Positions 27,901 through 40,972 of a stretch of 64,000 bases of DNA are shown here, piece after piece (the first letter of the stretch is position 1; each line of letters starts with the position of its first letter). A program made the position numbers and the translations under genes. Under the pieces are notes generated by a model. That model saw nothing but the letters and a program-made list of their open reading frames with translations, was not told the origin of the DNA and made no database searches. The stretch is from Lama guanicoe (lineage: Eukaryota): positions 18,494,819 through 18,558,818 of the forward strand of contig MU054323.1 of assembly GCA_013239625.1 (NCBI GenBank), in the 5' to 3' direction.

Positions 27901-29766
27901 AGAATCATTTTTGTAGCTTCATAAACATGTCAGTGCTCAGGACCCCCCCGTGAGAAAAGTGGAACAAAGCTTTCTGACGTAGAAAGAAGTCTCACCGAGA
28001 CGACCACCCTGTGACCCCCCAAAAATAGAGCTCAAGGGTCAAAGGAAAATATTCTCTTTCTCCCCTGGGAATCAACAGCATTTGTGTGGCTCTCCACGGC
28101 TGGCTACAGGACCTGGAGCACTTTCTTAAAAGTGGGACACAGTGTGCTCTGAATCCAGACCTGACACAGAATTTCTTATGGTTGGGTAGCTGCTTGCCTT
28201 ATGGAGAATGGCCCATGGGACACTGAACTTACACATCAAACAGCTGAGCCAACGGATGCTTCCGCTGCCAGGGAAATAACAGAATGGGGAGACCCTCTGT
28301 TCATCTGACACGGGTGCCAGCTTGGCAAAATGGCATTTTTTCCCTGCAGTCATTGAAAACAAATAATCTAGCAACATCCATAGCCTGGTAGCTCTTAAAA
28401 TACAGAGCGACTTTTTCTTTACCAGCCTATTTTTCAGTGCAAGTCGGATTCCAGGCTCAAGAAAAGCACAAAGCATGCCTCCTTCTAGCCTTGATCTGCT
28501 TTTTCAATTCCCCTGACTGGTCTCCAACTCACTGCCTTTGCAAAGAAGTCCAACAGCACTCTTAGCAGAGTGGCCTTCTGAGCTACGCTGCTAACAAATC
28601 CATCACAATTAGATCCTCTCCCCAGCCTATGTCTTGGTACTGTCTATCCTGATTCCTAGGGGTATGCTGGTTTTTCCACTCTACGCTGTTAAATTTTTAA
28701 ATAACTTAGAAAATTATAACAGCATTACGTATATACAATAGCAATACAAATGCATTATAAAATCTATAAATGAACAAAAAGAAGAAAATATCCATCATAA
28801 TACCACCAAAGGTTAGTGACCGTTAACGCAATTTCCAAGTGCTTTTCCTATGCACATATTCTTTGTTAGTTTTACAAAAATGCAATCATGGAATATCCAA
28901 CATTGCATAAGCTTCATTCTCCATGAAATAAAACATATGACTATCTTTTTGTCAGTAATTATTCAATAAGAATATTACTTTGAATAGTTGTCTAGTTTCT
29001 CCTTGTCATTTACACAACCATCTCCATATGGATAAATAGTTAGTTGTTTGAACATTTCTGCAGCTATAAACTAGGCGGCGGTGATACTTGCAGCTGTTCA
29101 ACCACAACTATGCTGTCATGATTGACTGATGACCACGCACCTTCCTTCCTGGGCCCAGGAAGAAGCAATGGATTCTGATGTTTACAAAGCCTGTCACTGC
29201 AGCTTCTCAAGAAACAGGCCAATATGTGTCACTGTCACATTTAAATGCCTTGAAAGAAAGAGCATTGCTGTTCATTGAAATATTATATACATGTATATAC
29301 ATGATATATAGAGAGATATCTGTATCTATGTATTCTTTATAAATAGGATTTTACATACATTATCAACACTGTGTAGGATTTACATAGGTGATATAAATAT
29401 AGGTATCTCTCTCTATATATACATATAAAAATATATCTTATTTATCACTATTTGTTCACTATTTTGGGAAAAGAGAAAATGAGCCAGAAGAAGCCCTGTC
29501 TTTAGGTTCCTGACCCATTTATCATTTAAAATTGACATTTAACTTTTCAAATTACTGTGAGTTCCTAATCATTTATCAATTTATTCCATTTTCTTAAAAA
29601 AAATTGTAACGTATTTGTCGAGGGTGTAGGTCTGGGGTGGGGTGGGAATGTGTTTAAGTGGGTCTTGTTTTTGCTGTGCTGACACATCAGGTGGGCCTGG
29701 GGCTTGCGGGCCCCTTATTGTTACTGTGTTGTTGAAGCAGGGCAACAATAAAGTCCACTAGAAGTA

Positions 29767-29880
29767 CTATATATATATATCTATATATATAGATATAGAT
29801 ATAGATGTATAGATATATAATATATATATATAAAAATATATACACACATATATACACATATACACACATACACACATACA
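29767..29880. repeat. (TA)n/(TAGA)/(CA)n microsatellite next to the SINE tail
   Basis: Direct reading of the sequence. Confidence 0.9.
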
Positions 29881-29927
29881 TGGCAAAATGTACTATATAC
29901 AAAAATACTATATATATTTGGAAAAAG

Positions 29928-30066
29928 TTTTTTTTTTAATTTTGGGGGGAGGTGATTAGGTTTATTTATTTATTATAATTATTTTTTAATGGAGGTACTG
30001 GGGATTGAACCCAGGACCTTGCGCGTGCTAAGAATGCTCTCTACCACTGAGCTATGCCCTCCCTCC
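29928..30066 (-). mobile_element. tRNA-derived SINE, camelid Vic-1-like
   Basis: The minus strand reads GGGAGGGCATAGCTCAGTGGTAGAG (A box)...GGTCCTGGGTTCAATCCCCAGTACCTCC (B box), then an AT-rich body, CCTAATCACCTCCCCCC and an A tail. TSD ttggaaaaag (29918-29927) / ttggcaaaag (30067-30076). Confidence 0.88.
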
Positions 30067-33000
30067 TTGGCAAAAGATTTTACAAACTGACTTTGGAAAA
30101 CGAAATGCGACACTTAGAGGCAGAAACAGCTGAAAGCCCCAGTGAGACAGCATCTCTCAGAGTCATGAGTCGGGACCAGCTGCTATTTAGGAAGTCCACT
30201 TCTATTTGCTCACATGCCCATGGGTATCAAAGAGGAAAGAACAGGCAAGGCACCCTTTCACTGGGCTTGGCCAGGACGGATGGCAGAAGGGCTGAAGAGT
30301 CTGTACCAGCTGGGGCCTCCAGTGCCAGAAGGCAAGCCATAAGCTAAGACGCCTTGAGGGAACCAAAGGTGAGGCTGCCTTTCACAGGCTCCTCCTGCCT
30401 CCCCTTCCTCACACCCTCACCCTGGGAGCAAGGCCACTGGGAACTAATGCAAATGATTGGCAGGTTGTGGTCACCAGGACCCAGTCCCAGGTCAGGGCCA
30501 CTCTGGCTGACCTCTGTAGAACCCCTGGAGGAGACACTGGCTGAAGGAATTTAACTCAGGTCTGAAATGGCCCAGTCTCTAGAGGTCTGGATCCAAAAAA
30601 TAAAAAGACTAATTTTTCTGCCTGATTCTCACCAGAATGAAAAACCATTTAAATGCTCCCTAGGGACCTTAAATTGTTATGTTTCCAAAAATGCTATGCT
30701 GTGGGAAACACTAATATTAAATAAATAGCCCCTCTCTCTTTTACTGAGGACATTTGAAAGAAAACAAATCACTGATGAGGAACTGGGATGCTGTTTTAAG
30801 TTGCTAAAACTGACAAAATGAAAACCACCATTTTTCTAAATTCTGTAGCCAATTAGCAAGCTTTATTACTAGACCCTGTGGTTAATTACATTTAACAAAG
30901 AGGCACATTAAGTTGAAGGAGAACACAGAGAGGCTGTGGGCAGATCCTAGAACTGAAAGATGAGGGCCAATAATGCAGGTGAAGACTCAGCCAGTCCAGC
31001 CAAGAAAAAGAAAAGGAATCAGACCAGGCTATCTGAGAATTCACCAAGGAAATTAGATGCCCATCAAAATGTCCCAGCAAGACAGCAAATTTACTGTTGA
31101 ACTGGACATTCACTGGATTCCTCTTATCCAATCTTTTGTTTTCACTTGGCCTCTGAGTAAAAGTCCTGTGTAAAACTTTCGTGGGTCCGATGGGGAGGAA
31201 GGAGGGGAGGAAGGAGAGGGTGTTCGTGCTAGCAAACTCAGCATGACTGAGCTGCCTACTCCAGGGTGAGAATGAACTCAGCGGGGAGGGCAGGAAAGCC
31301 TGGGAGAAAGGTGCCAGTTCCCTGCAACAAGGGGCCCGGGGAAGGCTCCTCTCAGAAAACTGGGAGAGATTTAGTGGTGATGTCAGAAACAGAGCATCTG
31401 CCTTCTGTGGACTCTGCCAACTGGCAGGGAGGACACGGTCCAGAGTGCCAATTCTCTCTGTCAGAAGGAAAGGCAGGAAGTGGGCAGGGAACATTAAACC
31501 CAGTGGGAAAAGCCACGTTTGAAGGACACGAGAAAGGGGAGAGCCAGGGCAGAACGCAGCATCTTGGTTGCCTGGGTGGGGAAGACATCCATGTGGCTAT
31601 TTGCATGGTGTTTGACAGTTTACAAAACACAGACACCATCACGCCAAGGCCTCACCATGATCTGTGAGGCAGGTACAATTATTGCTGTTTTCCAAATGAA
31701 GAAATTATCACACAGAAATAAGCAATACACTTGATCTCAAGTCTTCTAATGTTCGTTCTACACCATCTAAGCAGCTTCTCTGGGGCACGTCTGTGCTGAA
31801 TGAGTAGAGTTAGAAGGGCTTTGTCAACAGTCAGGTATTCCTAAGATGCTAATATTACTATTATCTTTGCTACCATGCCAGTTCATACCTAGAAACAGGT
31901 GTTCTTTCTGTGGGTAGAAAGGAAAAGGACAAACTCTTGAGCTTAAAAGGAAAATGAGATATCTCCCTAAATACCATGATATCAAAGGACTAACACATCC
32001 GCTGGCTGCCAGCAGAGCTTCCTCTGACCGCTAAACCAGTGTCCCCCAAAGAAGATAGATCTTGACCTGACCAACCCTCTAAATCATCCTGATTTGCCAT
32101 CTCCCAATGTGACTTCACTGTATTGTCAGCCCTCTTTAGGAATGCCACAGATCAGTGACAGTTCTGTAGCAGCAAGAAATGAATGGGGATAGAGTGTCAA
32201 ATCTGAGGGTTTTTTGGTGAATCCAAATACAGTACTGATTTTGGTATATATTGGAATGTCTGTTTCAATAAAGAAAGATTTCCTTGGTTTCGAGGTCCTC
32301 ATCTAACTTCATACACTGTGTTTGCTACTGAGTCAGGCTGTGGTTGGACGTCTGGGTTCAGGCAGCCTTTGCTGCTTTGCAGTGAGTGGAGGAAACAGCA
32401 TCACCGATAGGCTGCTAGACGAGAAGGACAGAGACCCAAGTCTCAAGTCTGCTTCCATCTCCACCTCCTAGTGACATGGGAGAAAATCCTACCAGCAGCC
32501 ATCTTTGAGTGCCTTTTGTGTGCTTTGTGCTTTACATATAATATCTTTAACCCTCACCATAACAGGCAAGACAGATCTAAAAACTCCACCGTACAGCTGA
32601 GAAACTAAAGCCCCGCAAAATCAGATCACTTGACTATGGTCACTAAATCAGCACGTGAGGAAGCCATCCTTCAACTTTCTCCACTATACCCCCAAAGTAT
32701 TTTCCCCTCATTGACTTGACAAATGCCAAAGACGATGAACAGTATCTTGGGAAGGTTGCCTTTAAAATAAGTTTATATCACCAGAGTTCTACACACATAC
32801 CCACCTGCTAATTTGCCTTCTTCCCCTGCATGGTGAGCCTATTCCTCAGTCCTCAAGGCTCAATTCCACGTGTCGTTTTGCAGACTGGAGGGAGAGCCTC
32901 CATTTCCACCCACCAGGGAGCCACATTTTTGTAACAGATTCCTCATTATTCCAAACACCAAAATGATAGCTTAAAACTACCTGAGTATAAACCACATACA

Positions 33001-33883
33001 GCTGATGATTAATAATCCTTTTTATCCCTAGTCGGTATCTCTTAATAAAATTTAGCAATAAAAATCCTGTTCTTAAAGCAGCATTTCAGGTTAAGATTCT
33101 TACAGATTTAGATGTATTCAGAAAATAAGATGTTTAATTGGGGTATTTTCTGGTTTTAAATGTATATTTCAAATTGTGGAGGCCACAATCTCCTGGTAGC
33201 CTGGCTTTGAATTGGCTTGCTCTCCATTCCAGCCTTTCCTTTTAGTCTATTCTGTTGCATGTGCAAACATCCTTCAGGAACTGCCTCAAACCCAAGATCT
33301 TAACTTTAAGATCTCCCTTTCTAACCTCAGTCTCCTATCTGGCCATTCTTTATCTGTCTTTCTTACTGACTTCCAATCAGTTGCCATGCTCTACAGATTT
33401 TTAGTTCGCACCATCTCCCAGGTATATTCCTTCTTTCCACCCTGCCTTCCTTGAAGTTCTTCCCCAGTCCTCATCCAACTCAACTAACAAGCCTATGCTC
33501 AAATTCCACCAGATTAACTTTCATGGAGCATGAATATAATTTTAAACTCTTTCTCAAGAGCCCAGCCACTTGCTCTCTGAATATTCAAGTCTACTCAACT
33601 GGCATTCAAGGCCTTTGAAAAGTTTCATCCAACTAACCTTTGCGGTGTGCTCTTCCAAATACCATTCATTTTCAGGATCCTATACCTTAGATAAAATGTA
33701 TGAGTACTATTCTTTAAATACACTGCGGGTTTTCCTGTCTTTACGTCTTTGCTCCTGCTATTTCTGCCTCCTGAACAGCTTTGCCCAACCTGGATCGTTA
33801 GAATGTTACCCACATCTTTCAAGGTCTAAATTTCCACCTTATCTGTTTTTCTTCTTCTTATATTTCTTCTATGATATTTTCTC

Positions 33884-34213
33884 TTTTTTTGACTTTTTTT
33901 TAATTGAAGTATAGTCAGTTACAATGTCAACTTCTGATGTACAGCACAATGTTTCAGTAATATACATACATACATACATATACATGTATATTTTTCTATT
34001 CTTTTTCATCATAGGTTACTAGAAGATATTGAATTTAGTTCCCTGTGCTATACATAAGAAATTTGTTTTTTTAATCTACTTCATATACAGTAGTCAAAAC
34101 TAGCAATTCTAGAACTCTCAATTGGGCCCTTCCCACCTCTTCCCCCTGGTAATCATAGGATTGTTTACTATGTCTGTGAGTCTGTTTCTATTTTGTAAAT
34201 AAGTTCTTTAGTG
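33884..34213 (-). mobile_element. L1 3'UTR end fragment inserted in an L2
   Basis: Poly-T, then aattgaagtatagtcagttacaatg...gttccctgtgctatac...tgtctgtgagtctgtttc. Degenerate TSD tcttctatgatattttct / tcttctaatattttct. Confidence 0.87.
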
Positions 34214-37200
34214 TCTTCTAATATTTTCTTATAATTCTTTGTACTACAGATATTTATATACATTTCTTCTCCCATACTGAAATTAACACTGTACTCATTT
34301 TAATGTCTAATAAAACTTCTTGCACAGTACAAAAACTTAGTTTTGAATGAATGGGCTGGTAAGAAAAAACTGAGTTCTTATTATCTATATCCTTTCATTA
34401 AATGAAAAAAAACTCCCTGAAGCCAAAGTAGATTCCACATACAATTAGTGTAAGTTTTTAAGTAACTGAATTCTACATCCCACATTTATGGAAAACTGTC
34501 TGTATCTCTATATATTGATATAACATTTTGGGTGTGTGTTTGTGGGGCTGTTTAATTCATTAAAATGAGTGAAATTTTTAAATCTTTCTTTGCTGAGTTT
34601 GAGTCATCTTTAACTACTAGACAGTGCTCATTAAAAAACTATGCAGTCAGGTACTAAAACATACGTTTGCAATGACCGACCCCACATCTGACTTCCTAAC
34701 TCCAAATGTACAATTCTAGACTTTTATTGATGAGAACATAGGTACTAAACAGAACCTCATATTTCACTTTGACTTTCATCATGACCCAGATTAGTATATA
34801 TTTTTGCCTTCGTTATGGCTGCCACCTTCCAGTGCTAAAGGAAACTATCTTCACCACATCACACTGCAGAACTTTCATCCCATCTTTTCTACCACAGGAA
34901 AGTGGGGGGGAAAAAAAGCTTGCAAGTATTGCTCTGGAGTCATTGTTCAGCTAGTCACCTTGAGTATACCATCATTACTTGCTCCTTTAACACTGTGCTC
35001 AAGTAAATTGCCTCTCTTGGATTAAAGCCTTTGCCACTAGCTACTGACACAATTGCACTATTTGATTTTTATTTGTGACTTAGTGCTCCAGACCTGAGTC
35101 ACAGTTAACAGTTAAAGCCATGAATTTCTCCTCTAATTGGGCATCTGTGCCTTTTGCAAATGGCACTCAAATGTATAAGCTATAGGTTCTATCCACTACA
35201 CACACCAATAGCACCATATGAAATCATTTTGGAACTTACATTTAGACTTAAACTGGTATTTAAAGTTAATCCTCACTGAATAGGAAATATTAAAAATGAG
35301 CACAAGCTTGAAACATGCCAAGCCATTTGGTGTTATTCAGTATAGCATGTTAATTCCCTTTATTCAAAAGAAAACACTTTGCAAAGCAAAACATTCTCCT
35401 ATTAAACTCAAGCATTAAGGAGAAAGTAGACTCTTAATGACTCAAGAAGGAAATTTGCTCCATGTTTGCTCCATGATTAGCAGGTTAGCAGTGTAAACAG
35501 CCCAGAGAGAGTTTTCAGTGGCTCCCCTTCCAAAGAGTTCCACCAGTCGCTACCACTTAATTAACTCCCCAAGCCACAGAAGCCAGCACCTTTGTCCATT
35601 AGCTGCGGTTTTCCATATTGAGAAAGACACTATTGTCCACCAAGGGAATGCTTGGACTTTTGTTCTCACTTTCCCTACAGGAGAAAATTCAGTAGAACCC
35701 TTTAATTGGTCTGAAACAGTCAGGCCATTGACCATGTGACTCCTAGGTATTCTAGGCAATCTTCTCAGTGATTTGGAACATCTTTCAGTTGTAATTTCCT
35801 CTCTCGGTTATTCCTCTGTTCATACAGTTAGCTTGAAATTCAACATTAGCTGCAGACTAGTAAGAGAACATTTACTGTGTGAGATTCAAAAAGGAAAGAA
35901 CTTATTCATAGAAAGCACTCTGGCATCCAAAACAAATGTGTAACTAATAATGAATAATAATAGTGTTGTCTCCGAAGGCAAGAGCATGGAAAATATATCT
36001 AGGAAGTAAAAATAAACTCCTGACAGGGCCATATGTGCCCTAAAGGAAGTAAGTTGAAAGCTTTTGTTGCTTTTGATTATCAAGTGTCACAATTTCATTT
36101 GATTCTTTTAAAAATGTAACTTTTCATAAATTTAAGATTATCCTGGATAATCAGATCCACTGTTGTCTAACAGAGCATATTAACCCGAGACAAACAAGTC
36201 TACTATAAAGTAAATCTTAACATATTTAAAAATTTTTAATTTTGAAAGTAAAATTTTAACATATTGCTCTACAGCCTTCTCACCTGTCAATCATTAGTAA
36301 AAGAAATGCCTCTCTCTACACGTATCTGACAAAAACCTTTTTTCTCTGGGTTTTGTACTTAAGTGTGCATGCCTATGATCACCAAAACTTGCACTATTTT
36401 TAGTCCTTTGCAAACACTGAGGTCACTGCTACATTTTATCTGTAATGTACTGCTTTTGCTGACGTCTTCCAGAACACATTTTCTTTGCAATAGGTACGGT
36501 GATTTGTAAAGCCCATATTAAAATACGTAATTTTATGCAGCTGCTATCAACTGTGTAAAATTCAATATCCCAGGAGTTTGTGCACGTTGAGGAAACATCC
36601 AAGAAATATTTGATTAAATGAATGAATCATCATTTCTTCACTGGTCACCATTGCCCTAGATTCATTAAAAGATTATGGACTCTAAGGATGATTGGTCTGA
36701 CTGACGGTGATATTTGCATTTTCATGATCAGAAAGCAGAATTAAAGCATTTCAGCAGTTCCAGCTGGCATGAATACATTACTTCCTAGTTTGAAATGTAT
36801 AATTAACCAAAAAGCTAGTTGTTGAACAGCTAAACAAATTGTCCAAAAATGACCCATTGCTGTTCAAATGAATGCTGAAAAGGAGGGGCCATGGTGACTT
36901 TTTGTTTTATAGACAAGCTGCATGCAAGCAGTTGACAAAGACTGATTTTTTTCCTTTTTTCAAAGCCAGTGAAAGCTTATGGGTAACAGCAATTATCTCT
37001 GTTTGTCAAACACTTGTACCCAGAAGTGGATTTATAATCCCTAGAAAGGTCTGTAATTTACTGAACCACTGAGCAAGTCCATGCTACTCCCCCTCCCCCG
37101 CCCCACTGGCTGTCATTCATTTCAAAGGAGAGCTGGAGGCAAGATGTAAATGTTCTCCTAGGCAAAAGGGCGGAAATGCTAGGAAAGCATGCTTCCCAAT

Positions 37201-39407
37201 TTCCGTAAGAAATACCCTTACTTCCTAAATAAGGAAACACCAATTATCAGACAGAATAGCCACAACTCAGAGCATAAATGCATCCTATTTTTGTTGCTGA
37301 GTGAAGATGTCAGGGTAGAATTAGTGGCTTAGCCTTAGGATGGGTTGTACACCTACATTTGCTAAAGTAATTACCCCAAGAAAAAATAAACATGGGAAAC
37401 ATTGTGGATCAAAGCCAAGGAATGTCTTAAATACAGATTGCTGAAAAAAAGTACATAGATATTTCCATATCTTGTAAATGATAGTTTTTAAGGGGTTGTC
37501 TTTAAAATAAAATGAATGGAGACCCTTGACCCTTTTTCCAGCATATCCTACAAACAAGAATTCTTAAGAGACATCCCCCAATTCATCTTCCAATTTCCAA
37601 CAAAGAAAAGGTATTTCACCTTTCTAAATGCTGCATTGTAGTGCCTGGATGATGGTTTATGGTTGGTTTGGCCACATTTCATTTTCAGAAATGTTAGCGT
37701 AGGAAGAATGAAATGTTTTGTCAATGCTCAATCTTTGACAATTTTAATGAAATACAGTGCTTGTATTTGAGCTAACGGGTGTTTTATTTTTTTTCTGTGT
37801 CCATTCTATTTTCTTTTTCTTCTCTGGTCAATTCATGTAACACATGAGCTGTAAATTTTGATAATTTGCTTTGACTTGAAATCTAACTGAAATTTCCATA
37901 AGATCACCTTGTTCCTTGAAAATGATTCGCATGAGTTTGAAAAATCTGATAGCTGACTCCTCAATGACGGTCATTATCTTGATAAAATCATTTCATGCAA
38001 TGTGTGGTGCATCACTGCACGCAACACGTGCATCATCCTCCTTCTATAGCACAGACCTGCTTGATGTTTTCCTCTTGTGGGAAAATGCAATTAATATTGG
38101 GTTCATTTGTCATCAGCCATCTCTATAAAATATGCAGATACACAAATATACATGCACACAGAAGCTCCAGTGTTTAAATTCTGCATTTCTTCAAAAAATT
38201 CATACAAATAAACCAAAGATTATGCTAAATATCATCTCAGGAGACATTTCAAGCATGCCACCTTCGATATGCAATGTGAAAATAGAAGATATCACTGCTC
38301 TTGGAGCTTGGTGCATTCCTGGACTTTCTAATTCTTCGTGAATGCACAGTTATCTTGGCAAGATGCCAGAATGTTCCCCAAGCAATTTTGAATATAACGT
38401 TCAATACATAAATGCCAAACAGGGAATTTAAAAAAATCTAAATGGGTTGTAGAGCTCTCGATGTCGACAGCCTTTCACTACTGGACTGGTGGGGGTGGGA
38501 AGGGATGGCAAAACGTGACCTGCGACGAGGGCTGAGTGTGGAGAGGGTGGTAGGAAGTCCCAGGTGAGATCAGCATGATGGAGCTCTGCTGCCTAGTGCT
38601 GCTGCCTCATGTGTACTAGGACAGAGCTGGCATGGTTCTGCACTTACATCAAGCCTACAGTCCAACCACTGTCAGCTTCTCCCCTGTTAGTTCCAAGCAA
38701 AACCAGTTTGTGGGTCACTTCTCTGAAGCTCAGAGACATTGCAGGAGGACATCATGCCTCACGTTGACCACTTGGGGCTTAAACGTCAGTAAGATACCAT
38801 ATGACATGTGTCCCCCATCTCTACATCCCAAGCTGAGCATGTACACGTATAACAGGAACAGAAAAACCCCTCTCTGTGCTGGTTCTCCCACTTCTCCCCC
38901 CCCAGTTTTCTTACTTGGTGATGGCCATGCAAACAGTGACCTGAGGATTAAGATAAGTGGGTTCAAAATCCAATTCCACCCCTTCCTAACTGTATGAGCT
39001 TAGTAAGTCACTCACTGGATTCCTCTTGGATTGTTTCTGTATCTGTGAAAGGAGGTGTTTCACTAGGTGCTACTTCTAAATTTCAATGGTTCCTTCACTG
39101 CTAAACCGTCAGCGTGTTTTCTTCTTTCTTGGTAGTTGGCTCTCGCCCTGTCTTTTGCCTGTGTCCTTTCTCCACTTCCATCTCATGAGGTTTTAACCCT
39201 TCACCTCCGAGAAGCTCCTCCTCCCACCCTCATGGGTCCCCTGCCTGGGAAAATATCAGCAGTTCTGCAACCAGGGCTCCCGTAGCTCTCAGCACGTATG
39301 CTCTGACTGCTCTGCCAGCATACACTGTTAGCCTCTGTCAACAAAGACCTTCTCTATCCTATTTATCCCATGTTCCCAACTTTGTGATCCTGAGCATGCA
39401 TTCAGTG

Positions 39408-39593
39408 AACAGCTTCTACTGTAGAGCACTGGGAACTATATTTCATATCTCGTAATAACCCATTTCATATCTCGTAATAACCCGTAATGAAAAGGAATAT
39501 TTATACATTTGTATAACTGTAACACTTTGTTGTACACCAGAAATTAACACAACATTGTACACTGACTGTACTTCAATAAAAAGAAAATAAAAA
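39408..39593 (+). mobile_element. L1 3'UTR end fragment with an internal 22-bp tandem duplication
   Basis: ctactgtagagcactgggaactatatt...caacattgtacactgactgtacttcaataaaa. The unit atttcatatctcgtaataaccc occurs twice (39440-39461, 39462-39483). Confidence 0.82.
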
Positions 39594-40886
39594 GATTTCT
39601 CTGCCAATTTTCCATGTGGCATTCAAACCTTAGCTTATTCTAAAAAGTGGCAGTAATTTTTTTTTAATAGCTCTTGAATAACTGACTTTCCTAACCTTCT
39701 TGGGGGATCCCCTTGGGCAAAGGAAGTGGTTAGGGGGAGTCACTCATTGCTTTTTTGGCCAATTCTCTTCACAAAGGGCTGGCCTTGTGTTCCGTCTCCT
39801 CTGATGTGACTCTTCTGAACTGTGGGTCTTCACAGGTGACGGTAATCACTGGCCCGTTTGCATTTATTCACTCACAAGTACAAGCAAATAATTGTGTTGG
39901 GTACCAAGGAATCTATCCCATAAGTAACAAAAGCACAAATATATTCTCTCCATAACAGTTTAATAATCTTCTCTTGGAAGGAGTGTAAGTTTGGCCGTGG
40001 GAAGGCACATATTTTCTTTGTCCCTCTAAATTTCCTTCTTTATCTCTTTCCTCCCCATCATCCCGTTCCTGACATCACTGGAGGCATCAAACATCACTTA
40101 GTACATTGGGAGTGAAAGTTTGGGGTTGAACCAGATCACGTCCAATCTAAACTCACTCCCTCAAGTCTTCATTTCATGCTGTTCTCTGCAAGGCAGGCAG
40201 GCAATCTGACACCCCTCCCGGCCTTCATTTATCAACATTTTCTTTCAGACCGTGGATATCTGTATGGCTGTGTCCCACCTCTGCAGATTCACAGGAACAA
40301 AGGCCCATTTGGAAATAAAAGTGGAGAGATCCTCTCTTGTTTTGTTTTCTACACTTCCCTCCTGAAACCACTGGAGTTTTGATACATGAGTGTAAAGGTG
40401 TAAATTCCCTGCACACCAAGGACACAAGAAAACATAATTCGACAGCCTGAATCTGGGCTAAAAGAGACAGCACTTAGGGTAGCATTGGGAGATGAGGGTG
40501 TGACAAGTAAGTGGCCCAGCTGGGCAAGGGAAATGTCGTGACAGAGCTGCTAATTAACAAACCATGGCACACCGGAAAAGAAGCATGCCCTCCTGCTCAC
40601 GAAAGGGGTGAAACACCACCCATATACTGGGGAGGCTCTAAAATTCATGAGCCTGATCGAGGTTTAGCAAGACCAGTCCTGCTATGGTAAAATATACATC
40701 ATCAGAGCAAATTTCCACTGCAGTGTTGAGTTAAAACACATTAATATAGAAAATAAATGTGAGCCTTAAGAAGCTTTAAAAAAAAAAATCTCCTTGGTCA
40801 CTTAACTGTAACTCACAGGAATGAAAATAGGTTACAATTATGTAACACGCTCTAAATCAGAGTGATTATACTTAAACATAACTTTT

Positions 40887-40972
40887 TTTAGGTTTTCATA
40901 TTCTTTTTCATTATAGGTTACTACAAGATATTAAATATAGTTCCCTGTGCTACACAGTAGAAACTTGTTGTG
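40887..40972 (-). mobile_element. Very short internal L1 3'UTR fragment with TSD
   Basis: ttttcatattctttttcattataggttactacaagatattaaatatagttccctgtgctacacagtag, flanked by a perfect 13-bp aaacataactttt (40874-40886 / 40973-40985). Confidence 0.82.

Noticed and set aside
29990..30066. Apparent tRNA gene
   Set aside because: It has a SINE body, an A tail and a TSD, so it is a tRNA-derived SINE.
30892..31494. 200-aa ORF on the SLC8A1 strand
   Set aside because: No recognisable domain or NCX1 similarity. It has the composition of a purine/pyrimidine-skewed non-coding stretch.
37600..38420. Possible decayed transposase or exon
   Set aside because: I could not read a convincing protein motif in any frame; it needs a Dfam or BLASTX search.
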